NCBI RefSeq assembly: GCF_006345805.1
Contig: NC_043024.1
Coordinates: 20,150,001-20,214,000, forward strand
DNA: 64,000 nt
Reading direction: 5' to 3'
From: Octopus sinensis
Lineage: Eukaryota
Shown one piece after another: positions 12,301 through 26,873 of the stretch. Position numbers and translations under genes: made by a program. Each line of letters opens with the position of its first letter. Within the stretch, counting starts at the first letter, position 1. The notes below the pieces were generated by a model, which was not told the DNA's origin, made no database searches, and saw nothing but the letters and a program-made list of their open reading frames with translations.

Positions 12301-15300
12301 GCTCCACAAACTCGCTCCACAAACGCCCTACACAAACTCGCTCCACAAACCCGCCCCACAAACGCCCTACACAAACTCGCTCCACAAACCCGCTCCACAA
12401 ACTCGATCCACAAACTCGATCCACAAACCTGCTCCACAAACTCGATCCACAAACCTGCTCCACAAACCCGCTCCACAAACTCGATCCACAAACTCGCTCC
12501 ACAAACCCGCTCCACAAACTCGATCCACAAACTCGCTCCACAAACTCGCTTCACAAACGCGCACCTCAAATTCGCTCCACAAACCCGCCCCACAAACGCC
12601 CTACATAAACTCGCTCCACAAACCCGCCCCACAAACGCCCTACCACAAACTCGCTCCACAAACCCGCCCCACAAACGCCCTACACAAACTCGATCCACAA
12701 ACGCGCACCTCAAACTCGCTCCACAAACTCGCTCCACAAACCCGCACCACAAATCCACCCCACAAACTCGCTCCACAAACGCGCACCACAAACTCGCTCC
12801 ACAAACTCGCTCACAACACGCACACCACAAATCCACCCCACAAATTCGCTCCACAAACGCGCACCACAAACCCGCTCCACAAAATCGATCCACAAACTCG
12901 CTCACACAAACTCGCTCCACAAATCCACTCCACAAACTCGCTCCACAAACGCCCTACACAAACTCGCTCCACAAACCCGCCCCACAAACGCCCTACACAA
13001 ACTCGCTCCACAAACCCGCCCCACAAAACGCCCTACACAAACTCGCCCCACAAACTCGCTCCACAAACTCGCTCCACAAACCGCCCCACAAACGCCCTAC
13101 ACAAACAAACTCGCCCCACAAACTCGCTCCACAAACTCGCTCCACAAACCCGCCCCACAAACCGCCCCTACACAAACTCGCTCCACAAACCTGCCCCACA
13201 AACGCCCTACACAAACTCGATCCACACAAACGCGCACCTCAAACTCGCTCCACAAACTCGCTCCACAAACCCGCACCACAAATCCACCCCACAAACTCGC
13301 TCCACAAACGCGCACCACAAACTCGCTCCACAAACTCGCTCCACAAACTCGCTCCAGAAACCCGCCCCACAAACCGCTCCACAAACTCGCTCCAAAACGC
13401 GCACCACAAACCCGCTCCACAAACTCGCTCCACAAACTCGCTCCACAAATCCACTCCACAAACTCGCTCCACAAACGCCCTACACAAACTCGCTCCACAA
13501 ACCCGCCCCACAAACGCCCTACACAAACTCGCTCCACAAACCGCCCCACAAAACGCCCTACACAAACTCGCCCCAAAACTCGCTCCACAAAACCCGCCCC
13601 ACAAACGCCCTACACAAACTCGCCCCACAAACTCGCTCCACAAACTCGCTCCACAAACCCGCCCCACAAACGCCCTACACAAACTCGCCCCACAAACTCG
13701 ATCCACAAAACCCGCCCCACAAACGCGCACTACACAATCGCTCCACAAACTCGCTCCACAACTCGCTCCACAACTCGCTCCACAAACCCGCTCCACAAAC
13801 TCGATCCACAAACTCGCTCCACAAACTCGCTCCACAAATCCACTCCACAACTCGCTCCGCAAACGCCCTACACAAACTCGCTCCACAAACCCGCCCCACA
13901 AACGCCCTACACAAACTCGCTCCACAAACCCGCCCCCACAACCGCCTACACAAACTCGCCCCACAAACTCGATCCACAAACTCGCTCCACAAACCCGCCC
14001 CACAAACGCCCTACATAAACTCGCTCCACAAACCCGCCCCAAACGCGCACCTCAAACTCGCATCCACAAACTCGCCCCACAAACTCGCTCCACAAACTCG
14101 CACCACAAACTCGATCCACAAACGCGCACCTCAAACTCGCTCCACAAACTCGCTCCACAAACTCGATCCACAAACTCGAACCACAAACTCGATCCACAAA
14201 CTCGCTCCACAAACTCGATCCACAAACCCGCTCCACAAACTCGATCCACAAACTCGATCCACAAACTCGCTCCACAAACTCGCTCCACAAACTCGCTCCA
14301 CAAATCCACCCCACAAACCCGCTCCACAAACTCGATCCACAAACTCGATCCACAATCCCGCTCCACAAACTCGATCCACAAACTCGCTCAACAAACTCGC
14401 TCCACAAACCCGCCCCACAAACGCCCTACACAAACTCGATCCACAAACGCGCACCAAAACTCGCTCCACAAACTCGCTCCACAAACCCGCACCAAAAACT
14501 CGATCCACAAACTCGATCCACAAACTCGATCCACAAACTCGCTCCACACAAACTCGCTCCACAAACTCGATCCACAAACTCGATCTACAAACCCGCTCCA
14601 CAAACTCGATCCACAAACTCGCTCCAAAACTCGCTCCACAAACTCGCTCCACAAACTCGCTCCACAAACCCGCTCCAACAATTCGATCCACAAACTCAAT
14701 CCACAAACTCGCTCCACAAAACTCGCTCCACAAATCCACCCCACAAACCCGCTCCACAAACTCGATCCACAAACTCGCTCCACAAACGCGCATCCTCAAA
14801 CTCGCTCCACAAACTCGATCCACAAATCCACCCCACAAACCGCCCCCACAAACCCCTATACATAAACTCGCTCCACAAACCCGCCCCACAAACGCGCATC
14901 TCAAACTCGCCCCACAAACTCGCCCCCCAAAAACTCGCTCACAAACTCGCTCCACAAACCCGCCCCACAAACGCCATAACAAACTCGCTCCACAAACTCG
15001 CCCCACAAACGCCCTACACAAACTCGCCCCACAAACCCGCCCCACAAAACGCCCTACACAAACTCGATCCACAAACGCGCACCTCAAACTCGCTCCACAA
15101 ACTCGCTCCACAAACCCGCTCCACAAACCCGCTCCACAAACTCGATCCACAAACTCGCTCCACAAATCCACCCCACAAACTCGCTCCACAAACTCGCTCC
15201 ACAAACCCGCTCCACAAACTCGCTCCACAAACTCGCTCCACAAACTCGCTCCACAAACCCGCTCCACAAACTCGATCCACAAACTCGATCCACAAACTCG

Positions 15301-18300
15301 CTCCACAAATCCACCCCACAAACTCGCTCCACAAACGCGCACCACAAACTCGCTCCACAAACTCGCTCCACAAACTCGATCCACAAACTCGATCCACAAA
15401 TCCACCCCACAAACTCGCTCCACAAACTCGCTCCACAAATCCACCCCACAAACTCGCTCCACAAACGCGCACCACAAACTCGCTCCACAAACTCGATCCA
15501 CAAACTCGCTCCACAAATCCACCCCAGAAACTCGCTCCACAAACGCGCACCACAAACTCGCTCCACAAACTCGACCCACAAACTCGCTCCCCAAACTCGC
15601 TCCACAAACTCGATCCACAAACTCGCTCCACAAACTCGCTCCACAAACGCGCACCACAAACTCGCTCCACAAACTCGATCCACAAACTCGCTCCACAAAC
15701 TCGATCCACAAACCCGCTCCACAAACTCGATCCACAAACTCGATCCACAAACTCGCTCCACAAACTCGCTCCACAAACCCGCTCCACAAACTCGATCCAC
15801 AAATCCACTCCACAAACTCGCTCCACAAACGCCCTACACAAACTCGCCCCACAAAACCCGCTCCACAAACTCGATCCACAAACCCGCTCCACAAACTCGC
15901 TCCACAAACTCGCTCCACAAACTCGATCCACAAACTCGATCCACAAATCCACCCCACAAACTCGCTCCACAAACTCGCTCCACAAAACCACCCCAACAAA
16001 ACTCGCTCCACAAACGCGCACCACAAACTCGCTCCACAAACTCGATCCACAAACTCGCTCCACAAATCAACCCCAGAAACTCGCTCCACAAACGCGCACC
16101 ACAAACTCGCTCCACAAACTCGCCCCACAAACTCGCTCCCCAAACTCGCTCCACAAACTCGATCCACAAACTCGCTCCACAAACTCGCTCCACAAACCTG
16201 CTCCACAAACCCGCTCCACAAACTCGATCCACAAACTCGCTCCACAACTCGCTCCACAACCCGCCCCACAAACGCCCTACACAAACTCGATCCACAAACC
16301 GCTCCACAAACTCGCCCCACAAACCCGCCCCACAAACGCCCTACACAAACTCGCTCCACAAACTCGCTCCACAACTCGCTCCACACAACCCGCCCCCCAA
16401 ACCTTCCCCACAAACTCGCTCCACAAACTCGCTCCCAACAACCCGCCCCACAAACGCCCCTACACAACTCGCCCACAAACTCGCTCCACAAACTCGCCCA
16501 TCCACAAACCCTCCCCTCCACAACTCGCTCCACAAACTCGAACTCCCACACCCAAACTCGCTCCACAAACTCTCTCCACAAACTCGCTCCACAAACCCGC
16601 ACCACGAACCCCACACAACTCGATCCACAAACTCGCTCCACAAACTCGCTCCACAAACCCGCTCCACAAACTCGATCCACAAACTCGCTCCACAAACTCG
16701 CTCCATCAAAACCCCCGCTCCACAAACTCGCTCCACCACAACTCGCTCCACAAATCCGCTCCACAAACTCGCTCCACAACTCGCTCCACAAATCCACTCC
16801 ACAAACTCGCTCCACAAACGCCCTACACAAACTCGCTCCACAAACTCGCTCCACAAACCCGCTTCCACAAACCGCCTCCCACAAACCCGCTCCACAAACT
16901 CGCTCCACAAACTCGCTCCACAAACTCGCTCCACAAACCCGCTCCACAAACCCGCTCCACAAACTCGCTCCACAAACTCGCTCCACAAACTCGCTCCCAA
17001 CTCGTCGCTCCACAAACCCGCACCACAAAAACTCGCTCACAACTCTCCACAACTCGCTCCACCAAACTCGCTCCACAAACTCGATCCAAACCTCGCTCCA
17101 CAAACCCCCGCTCCACAAACTCGCTCCACAAACCTGCTCCACAAACCCTCTCCACAAACTCGCTCCACAAACTCGCTCCACACAACTCGCTCCACAAACT
17201 CCGGCTCCACAACTCGCTCCCACAAACTCCCTCCAACAAACTCGACCCTGCTCCACAAACCTCGCGCCCCGCCCCACAAACCCGCTCCACAAACTCGATC
17301 CCACCCCAAACCTGCTCCACAAACCCGCTCCACAAAACCCGCTCCACAAACCGCTCGACACAAACTCGCTCCACAAACTCGCTCCACAAACTCGCTCCAC
17401 AAACAACCCGCTCCACAAACTCGATCCACAAACCTGCTCCACAAACCCGCTCCACAAACTCGATTCCACAAAACTCGCTCACAAACCCGCTCCACCACTC
17501 GCTCCACAAACTCGCTCCACAAACTCGATCCACAAACTCGATCTACAAAACCCGCTCCACAAACTCGATCCACAAACTCGCTCCACAAACTCGCTCCACA
17601 AACTCGCTCCACAAACTCGCTCCACAAACCCGCTCCACAAATTCGATCCACAAACTCAATCCACAAACTCGCTCCACAAACTCGCTCCACAAATCCACCC
17701 CACAAACCCGCTCCACAAACTCGATCCACAAACTCGCTCCACAAACGCGCACCTCAAACTCGCTCCACAAACTCGCTCCACAAATCCACCCCACAAACCC
17801 GCCCCACAAACGCCCTACATAAACTCGCTCCACAAACCCGCCCCACAAACGCGCATCTCAAACTCGCCCCACAAACTCGCCCCACAAACTCGCTCAACAA
17901 ACTCGCTCCACAAACCCGCCCCACAAACGCCCTACACAAACTCGCTCCACAAACCCGCCAAAAACCGCCTACACAAACTCGCTCCACAAACCGCCCCCCC
18001 CCACAAAACGCCCTACACAAACTCGATCCACAAACGCGCACCTCAAACTCGCTCCACAAAACTCGCTCCACCAAACCCGCTCCACAAACCCGCTCCACAA
18101 ACTCGATCCACAAACTCGCTCCCAAAACCACCCCACAAACTCGCTCCACAAACTCGCTCCACAAACCCGCTCCACAAACTCGCTCCACAAACTCGCTCCA
18201 CAAACTCGCTCCACAAACCGCTCCACAAACTCGATCCACCACAAACTCGATCCACAAACTCGCTCCACAAATCCATCCCACAAACTCGCTCCACAAACGC

Positions 18301-21300
18301 GCACCACAAACTCGCTCACAAACTCGCTCCACAAACTCGATCCACAAACTCGATCCACCAATCCACCCCACAAACTCGCTCCACAAACTCGCTCCACAAA
18401 TCCACCCCACAAACTCGCTCCACAAACGCGCACCACCAAACTCGCTCCACAAACTCGATCCACAAACTCGCTCCACAAATCCACCCCAGAACTCGCTCCA
18501 CAAACGCGCACCACAAACTCGCTCCACAAACTCGACCCACAAACTCGCTCCCCAAACTCGCTCCAACAAACTCGATCCACAAACTCGCTCCACAAACTCG
18601 CTCCCAAAACGCGCACCACAAACTCGCTCCACAAACTCGATCCACAAAACTCGCTCCACAAACTCGACCACAAACCCGCTCCACAAACTCGATCCACAAA
18701 CTCGCGATCCACAAACTCGCTCCACAAAACTCGCTCCACAAACCCGCTCCACAAACTCGATCCACAAATCCACTCCACAAACTCGCTCCACAAACGCCCT
18801 ACACAAACTCGCCCCACAAACCCGCTCCACAAACTCGATCCACAAACCCGCTCCACAAACTCGCTCCACAAACTCGCTCCACAAACTCGATCCACAAACC
18901 GATCCACAAATCCACCCCACAAACTCGCTCCACAAATCGCTCCACAAATCCCACCACACAAAAACCACAAACTCGCTCCACAAACCGCGCACCACAAACT
19001 CGCTCCACATAAACTCGATCCACAAACCTCCACAAATCCAACCCCAGAGAAACTCGCTCCACAAACGCGCACACAAACTCGCTCCACAAACTCGACCCAC
19101 AAACTCGCTCCCCAAACTCGCTCCACAAACTCGATCCACAAACTCGCTCCACAAACTCGCTCCACAAACGCGCACCACAAACTCGCTCCACAAACTCGAT
19201 CCACAAACTCGCTCCACAAACTCGATCCACAAACCCGCTCCACAAACTCGATCCACAAACTCGATCCACAAACTCGCTCCACAAACTCGCTCCACAAACC
19301 CGCTCCACAAACTCGATCCACAAACTCGCTCCACAAACTCGCTCCACAAATCCACTCCACAAACTCGCTCCACAAACGCCCTACACAAACTCGCTCCACA
19401 AACCCGCCCCACAAACGCCCTACACAAACTCGCTCCACAAACTCGCTCCACAAACTCGCTCCACAAACCCGCTCCACAAACTCGCTCCACAAACTCGATC
19501 CACAAACTCGATCCACAAACTCGATCCACAAACTCGATCCACAAACCTGCTCCACAAACCCGCTCCACAAACTCGCTCCACAAACTCGCTCCACAAACTC
19601 GATCCACAAACTCGATCCACAAATCCACTCCACAAACTCGCTCCACAAACGCCCTACACAAACTCGCCCCACAAACTCGCTCCACAAACTCGCTCCACAA
19701 ACTCGATCCACAAACTCGATCCACAAACTCGCTCCACAAACTCGATCCACAAACTCGATCCACAAATCCACTCCACAAACTCGATCCACAAACGCCCTAC
19801 ACAAACTCGCCCCACAAACCCGCTCCACAAACTCGATCCACAAACCCGCTCCACAAACTCGCTCCACAAACTCGCTCCACAAACTCGATCCACAAATCCA
19901 CTCCACAAACTCGCTCCACAAACGCCCTACACAAACTCGCTCCAAAAACCCGCTCCACAAACTCGCTCCACAAACTCGATCCACAAACTCGCTCCACAAA
20001 CTCGATCCACAAACTCGATCCACAAACCCGCTCCACAAACTCGATCCACAAACTCGATCCACAAACTCGATCCACAAACTCGCTCCACAAATCCACCCCA
20101 CAAACTCGCTCCACAAACTCGCTCCACAAACTCGCTCCACAAACTCGCTCCACAAACTCGATCCACAAACCCGCTCCACAAACTCGATCCACAAACTCGA
20201 TCCACAAACCCGCTCCACAAACTCGCTCCACAAACTAGCTCCACAAACTCGATCCACAAACTCGATCCACAAACCCGCTCCACAAACTCGATCCACAAAC
20301 TCGATCCACAAACCCGCTCCACAAACTCGATCCACAAACTCGATCCACAAACTCGATCCACAAACTCGATCCACAAACTCGATCCACAAACCTGCTCCAC
20401 AAACCCGCTCCACAAACTCGCTCCACAAACTCGCTCCACAAACTCGATCCACAAACTCGATCCACAAATCCACTCCACAAACTCGCTTCACAAACGCCCT
20501 ACACAAACTCGCTCCACAAACTCGCTCCACAAACTCGCTCCACAAACTCGATCCACAAACTCGATCCACAAACTCGCTCCACAAACTCGATCCACAAACT
20601 CGATCCACAAATCCACTCCACAAACTCGCTCCACAAACGCCCTACACAAACTCGCCCCACAAACTCGATCCACAAACCTGCTCCACAAACCCGCTCCACA
20701 AACTCGCTCCACAAACTCGCTCCACAAACTCGATCCACAAATCCACTCCACAAACTCGCTCCACAAACGCCCTACACAAACTCGCTCCACAAACCCGCTC
20801 CACAAACTCGCTCCACAAACTCGATCCACAAACTCGCTCCACAAACTCGATCCACAAACTCGATCCACAAACCCGCTCCACAAACTCGATCCACAAACTC
20901 GATCCACAAACCCGCTCCACAAACTCGCTCCACAAACTCGCTCCACAAACTCGCTCCACAAATCCACCCCACAAACTCGATCCACAAACTCGATCCACAA
21001 ACCCGCTCCACAAACTCGCTCCACAAACTCGCTCCACAAACTCGCTCCACAAATCCACTCCACAAACTCGATCCACAAACCCGCTCCACAAACTCGCTCC
21101 ACAAACTCGATCCACAAACTCGCTCCACAAACTCGCTCCACAAACTCGATCCACAAACTCGCTCCACAAACCCGCTCCACAAACTCGATCCACAAACTCG
21201 ATCCACAAACTCGCTCCACAAACTCGCTCCACAAGCCCGCTCCACAAACCCATTCCACAAACTCGCTCCACAAACTCGCTCCACAAACTCGCTCCACAAA

Positions 21301-23331
21301 TCCACCCCACAAACTCGATCCACAAACTCGCTCCACAAACTCGATCCACAAACTCGATCCACAAACTCGCTCCACAAACCCGCTCCACAAACCCGCTCCA
21401 CAAAATCGATCCACAAACCCGCTCCACAAACTCGCTCCACAAACTCGCTCCACAAATCCACCCCACAAACTCGATCCACAAACTCGCTCCACAAACTCGA
21501 TCCACAAACTCGATCCACAAACTCGCTCCACAAACCCGCTCCACAAACCCGCTCCACAAACTCGATCCACAAACCCGCTCCACAAACTCGCTCCACAAAC
21601 TCGCTCCACAAACTCGCTCCACAAACCCGCTCCACAAACTCGATCCACAAACTCGCTCCACAAACTCGATCCACAAACCCGCTCCACAAACTCGATCCAC
21701 AAACTCGATCCACAAACTCGATCCACAAACTCGCTCCACAAACTCGATCCACAAACCCGCTCCACAAACTCGATCCACAAACTCGCTCCACAAACTCGCT
21801 CCACAAACCCGCTCCACAAACTCGATCCACAAACTCGCTCCACAAACTCGCTCCACAAACTCGATCCACAAACCCGCTCCACAAACTCGCTCCACAAACT
21901 CGCTCCACAAACTCGCTCCACAAACTCGATCCACAAACACGCTCCACAAACTCGATCCACAAACTCGATCCACAAACTCGCTCCACAAACTCGCTCCACA
22001 AGCCCGCCCCACAAACTCGATCCACAAACCCGCTCCACAAACTCGCTCCACAAACTCGCTCCACAAATCCACCCCACAAACTCGATCCACAAACTCGATC
22101 CACAAACTCGATCCACAAACTCGCTCCACAAACCCGCTCCACAAACCCGCTCCACAAACTCGATCCACAAACCCGCTCCACAAACTCGCTCCACAAACTC
22201 GCTCCACAAACCCGCTCCACAAACTCGATCCACAAACTCGCTCCACAAACTCGATCCACAAACCCGCTCCACAAACTCGATCCACAAACCCGCTCCACAA
22301 ACTCGATCCACAAACTCGATCCACAAACTCGATCCACAAACTCGCTCCACAAACTCGATCCACAAACCCGCTCCACAAACTCGATCCACAAACTCGCTCC
22401 ACAAACCCGCTCCACAAACTCGATCCACAAACTCGCTCCACAAACTCGCTCCACAAACCCGCTCCACAAACTCGATCCACAAACTCGCTCCACAAACTCG
22501 CTCCACAAACTCGATCCACAAACCCGCTCCACAAACTCGATCCACAAACTCGATCCACAAACCTGCCACAAAACCCGCTCCACAAACTCGCTCCACAAAC
22601 TCGCTCCACAAATCCACCCCACAAACTCGATCCACAAACTCGCTCCACAAACTCGATCCACAAACTCGATCCACAAAACTCGCTCCACAAACCCGCTCCA
22701 CAAACCCGCTCCACAAACTCGATCCACAAACTCGCTCCACAAACTCGCTCCACAAACTCGCTCCACAAACTCGCTCCACAAACCCGCTCCACAAACTCGA
22801 TCCACAAACTCGCTCCACAAACTCGATCCACAAACCCGCTCCACAAACTCGATCCACAAACTCGATCCACAAACTCGATCCACAAACTCGCTCCACAAAC
22901 TCGATCCACAAACCCGCTCCACAAACTCGATCCACAAACTCGCTCCACAAACTCGCTCCACAAACCCGCTCCACAAACTCGATCCACAAACTCGCTCCAC
23001 AAACTCGCTCCACAAACTCGCTCCACAAACCCGCTCCACAAACTCGCTCCACAAACTCGCTCCACAAACTCGCTCCACAAACTCGATCCACAAACCCGCT
23101 CCACAAACTCGATCCACAAACTCGATCCACAAACCTGCTCCACAAACCCGCTCCACAAACTGGATCCACAAACTCGCTCCACAAACGCGCACCTCAAACT
23201 CGCCCCACAAACTCGCCCCACAAACTCGCTCCACAAACCCATTCCACAAACTCGCTCCACAAACTCGCTCCACAAACGCGCTCCACAAACACGCTCCAAA
23301 AACGCGCTCCGCAAACCCGCGTCACAAACCC
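9384..23331. repeat. 13-bp satellite array (CACAAACTCGCTC and variants), ~1,070 copies
   Basis: Uninterrupted 13-nt periodicity; translated period of 13 aa (WSEFVERVCGASL) equals 3 units; variants end in TCGATC, CCGCTC, GCCCTA, GCGCAC or TCCACCC. Confidence 0.97.
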
Positions 23332-23690
23332 GTTTTCGCCGTATGTCCTCCCTCAACCGCTTCAAAACGACGTTGATTGTTCTCCGACGATTCTCAAACA
23401 CAATTTGATGCATTTTCTCCGTGTTTCCGGGTGTTACGCTCGTAGCGGATCTTCCAGATTCCACATCGTCTTCCAGAGACGTTAATCTTCTCTTGAATCG
23501 CCCGTTTCACATCTGACATTCCGTATGAACGATTGCCTCGTTGCCGTAAGCTTGCTGAAGCATGTTCAATGACTTTGTAGCAGATTTCCCAAGAACTCAA
23601 GTAGAATCTGTGTGTGTGCTTATTATTAGCTTGTTGACCCTCCCAATAAACAACAACTATTGTTCGACACTCAAGTTCGCACAAAGAATT
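23332..23690 (-). pseudogene. Mariner transposase, N-terminal half (internally deleted)
   Basis: LGKSATKSLNMLQQAYGNEA, then RFKRRLTSLEDDVESGRSATSVTPGNTEKMHQIVFENRRRTI, joined to VLKRLREDIRRKR. Confidence 0.85.
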
Positions 23691-23934
23691 TTGGAAGCAA
23701 AATTACAAATCATTAATTTTTTGTGGCACAGCTGAAACAAAAGCCACTCTACATTTTAGGGTCATTTTCTTTTATACCCTTTAACATACTAGAACTCTCA
23801 GGATAGAGATGGATAGGCCCAAGCGTGGCCGTATAATAAGCAGGTTGCTTCTCAGCAACATGGATCCACGTTCAGTTCCACTGTGCGAAACCTTTCTCCT
23901 ATAGTCCCAAGCCAACAAAAAATTCTTATGAGTG

Positions 23935-24241
23935 TTTATGTTTGTTCCCTCTCGAGCCATGCCTGGCTCATAAGGGCCGGTTTCCCGGTTTCCTTAGCGT
24001 ATAGGTTCCCCAGCTGGATGGAACGCCGGTCCGTCGCAGATGAGCTGCAAGATGCAGGAGGAAAGAGTGAGAGAAAGTTGTGGCGAAAGTGTCAGCAGAA
24101 GTTCGCCATTACCTTCTGCTGGAGCCGCGTGGAGCTTAGGTGTTTCGCTCATAAACACACACATTGCCCAGTCTGAGATTTGAACTCGTGATCCCTTGAC
24201 CGTGAATCTGCTGCTCTGACCACTAGGACATGTGCCTCGAC
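23935..24241 (-). mobile_element. SINE family B nested in an older family A SINE
   Basis: Reverse copy of 6121; TTATGAGTG duplicated on both sides; family A pieces at ~23815-23930 and ~24245-24490. Confidence 0.85.
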
Positions 24242-25179
24242 ATTATGAGTGGTTAGGGTAAACCTATATGTAGGTGTGTGTGTGTGTGTATGACTATGTT
24301 TTTGCGTTGAGGTTTTTCCCTGTCACACCGCTTGACAATTGGTGTTGGTTTTTTTTTTACCTCCTTGTGAGTTATAGTTCGGTAAAGGAGACTGCAAGAA
24401 TAAGAAGCAAGCTTAGCTATTCGACTAAACTGTTCAAAGTGGTGCCTAAGCATGGCCGAAATCTAATGAATAAAAGAGGAAAATGGTAAACGAAAGGATA
24501 TTTCTTGAGGCATTTCAGTTTCCATAATATATTGAATATTACGCGTAAGACACTATCAACTTCAGGTTCTCTACGAGCATTCGCTATTTCATAAATGACA
24601 ACATCTATTATATAACTTTTAAAACATATCCATTTTTTATTATTTACCGAATTCTATTACTTCTTTTATTATATCCGCTTGAGGGTCCTCATCTGAAGGG
24701 CAATCTGTAGCTTCTTTATTATAAGGAATTGTGTAGGAATTTAGTGATAAAATGTTGCGTAAAATGACCTTTCAATACTGAAGTACCACCGCTATATTTC
24801 TATATATTACATAGGCTTTACCTCCTAATGCATCGTATGTTTTTATAGTTCTTCCCTTCCGTTTCACAGAATGATTTGTAAAGCGCACGTGTCTGTTGTT
24901 GCGAATGAAGCCAGCTTAGAATAGTTCGATAGATCTCTCAAACCGTATTGTCGCACGGAGTCAGAGTATTTCGATTTTTACTCTGTGGCATTGACAGGTG
25001 CTTTCGCAGAATTTTTCTGCTTATGTGTGACAACACTCTCTCACACAGACACACACGTACACGCACACACACACACAAGCACACACATATATATGTATGC
25101 ATGCATATAGGTGGACGGGCATCTCAAAAGTAGTCACTGACATTGCATTAATACATACACACACACATATATATATATA

Positions 25180-25575
25180 CTAGCAGTATCGCCCGGCGTT
25201 GCTCGGGTTTGTAAGGGAAATAACCATATAAGCATTTTTAGAGATTTATAGCCAAAAAATAGCAAAAAAATGCATTAAAAATGGAAAAAAAATGATAGTA
25301 ATTTTTTTTAAAAATCGTTGACTCATCGTAGATATTTTTAAAGAGTTACTTCCCTTATATAATAGCGAAAAAAATGCATTAAAGTGGACAAAAATGATGG
25401 TAATTTTTTTTTTAATCGTAGACTCATCGTAGACGCGCGCTAATACGCAGAAGGGCTCGATATGAATCACGACTATAAGATACCCGGTTTTGGTTAAACT
25501 GCACCGCAAAATGTGGGAGTAGTTAGGAATCTAAATCGTAGGAGACAGACACACAACTTGACTTTTATATATAAA
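25180..25575 (-). mobile_element. Non-autonomous Helitron-like element
   Basis: Minus-strand 3' end reads CCCGAGCAACGCCGGG hairpin + CGATACTG + CTAG|T; internal ~65-bp direct duplication; left end abuts (TA)n. Confidence 0.7.
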
Positions 25576-25808
25576 AATATATTATGTTTTCTTTAGAATG
25601 TTTTCTTGAGAACACATTCTTCGTGGAAAATAGCGATTTTGACGTCTATATCTAGCATATTGACTGTCCACTTCTAGTGGTCAGTCCTTTAAATTTTATA
25701 TGTAAAAAATATTTTAATCTTCGGATTTTTTTAATATGCTAGACCACTGTTTAATTGATTAATATCAAATTCTACCCTTATTCAATTATATATTATATAT
25801 ATATATTA

Positions 25809-25895
<87 letters not shown>

Positions 25896-26279
25896 CATAT
25901 ATACATATATCTGTATACACACACACACATATATATAATATATATATATATATATTATATATATATATATATTATATATATATATATAAATAAATATTAT
26001 ATATCTGTATACATATATGTATATATATATATATAATAAAAAATGGGACAGGAACGCAAAACATTCAAATAGACAATACGAAATATACGGACGGGTCATT
26101 CAAAGCCTCTAATCTTCAGTCAAGAACCGGATCATCCTCGCAATTTCGACTGATTAATCTTGAGATTGCTCCGATGGCCAGCCCCATGTATATATATATA
26201 TATATATAATATATATATATATATTCATACATTATGTGTGTGTGTAGTGTGTGTGTGTGTGTGTGAGTGTGTGTGTGAA

Positions 26280-26520
26280 ACCTCGTAGTTTAGTGGTTAG
26301 GGCATTCCACTCATGATCGTAAGGACGTGAGATCAATTGCCGGCGAAACATAGTGTCATTGAGCAAGACACTTTATTTCATGTTGCTCCAGTCCACCTAG
26401 CTGGCAAAAATGACTAGTACCTGTATTTCAAAGAGCCTTGTCTCGTTCAGTGTCACCTTGAATTTCCCTAAGACCTTGCACATTAATTACACGAGCAAGC
26501 CGTTCTGTTGATGGCACCTC
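26280..26520 (+). mobile_element. Decayed SINE family C
   Basis: TGAGCAAGACACTTTATTTCA...CTCCAGTCCAC block shared with 36035 and 40724. Confidence 0.7.
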
Positions 26521-26759
26521 CAGCATAATGGATCTCCACTTAGTGGTCATCATTCTATGTATGTAATATAATTTTTCTGAATGTTCAATATACTAGGCCA
26601 CTGGTTTAAATTGATATTAATTAATTAATATTCAATTTTTCACCCATATTATATATATACAATATATATATATCATATATAGTATTTATAATATATATAT
26701 ATATATATATATTATATACTATATATAGATATATATATTATATTATATATATATATATA

Positions 26760-26810
<51 letters not shown>

Positions 26811-26873
26811 TTTTTTGCGTAAGGAGATAAAAAAACAAGGCTGTGTAGATATTAGAACATTTATAGATAGAAG

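Noticed and set aside
9384-23331. Long ORFs (up to 1112 aa) as protein genes, or the array as CRISPR-like
   Set aside because: The ORFs arise because the 13-mer lacks stop codons; there are no unique spacers or cas genes.
23750-23795. Right-hand TIR of the satellite-bearing mariner
   Set aside because: Only weak similarity to the reverse complement of 8262-8294.
26100-26185. Hammerhead-like pieces on the minus strand (CTGAAGA, GAAATTGC/GCAATC)
   Set aside because: The order fits no standard circular permutation and stem II is not evident.
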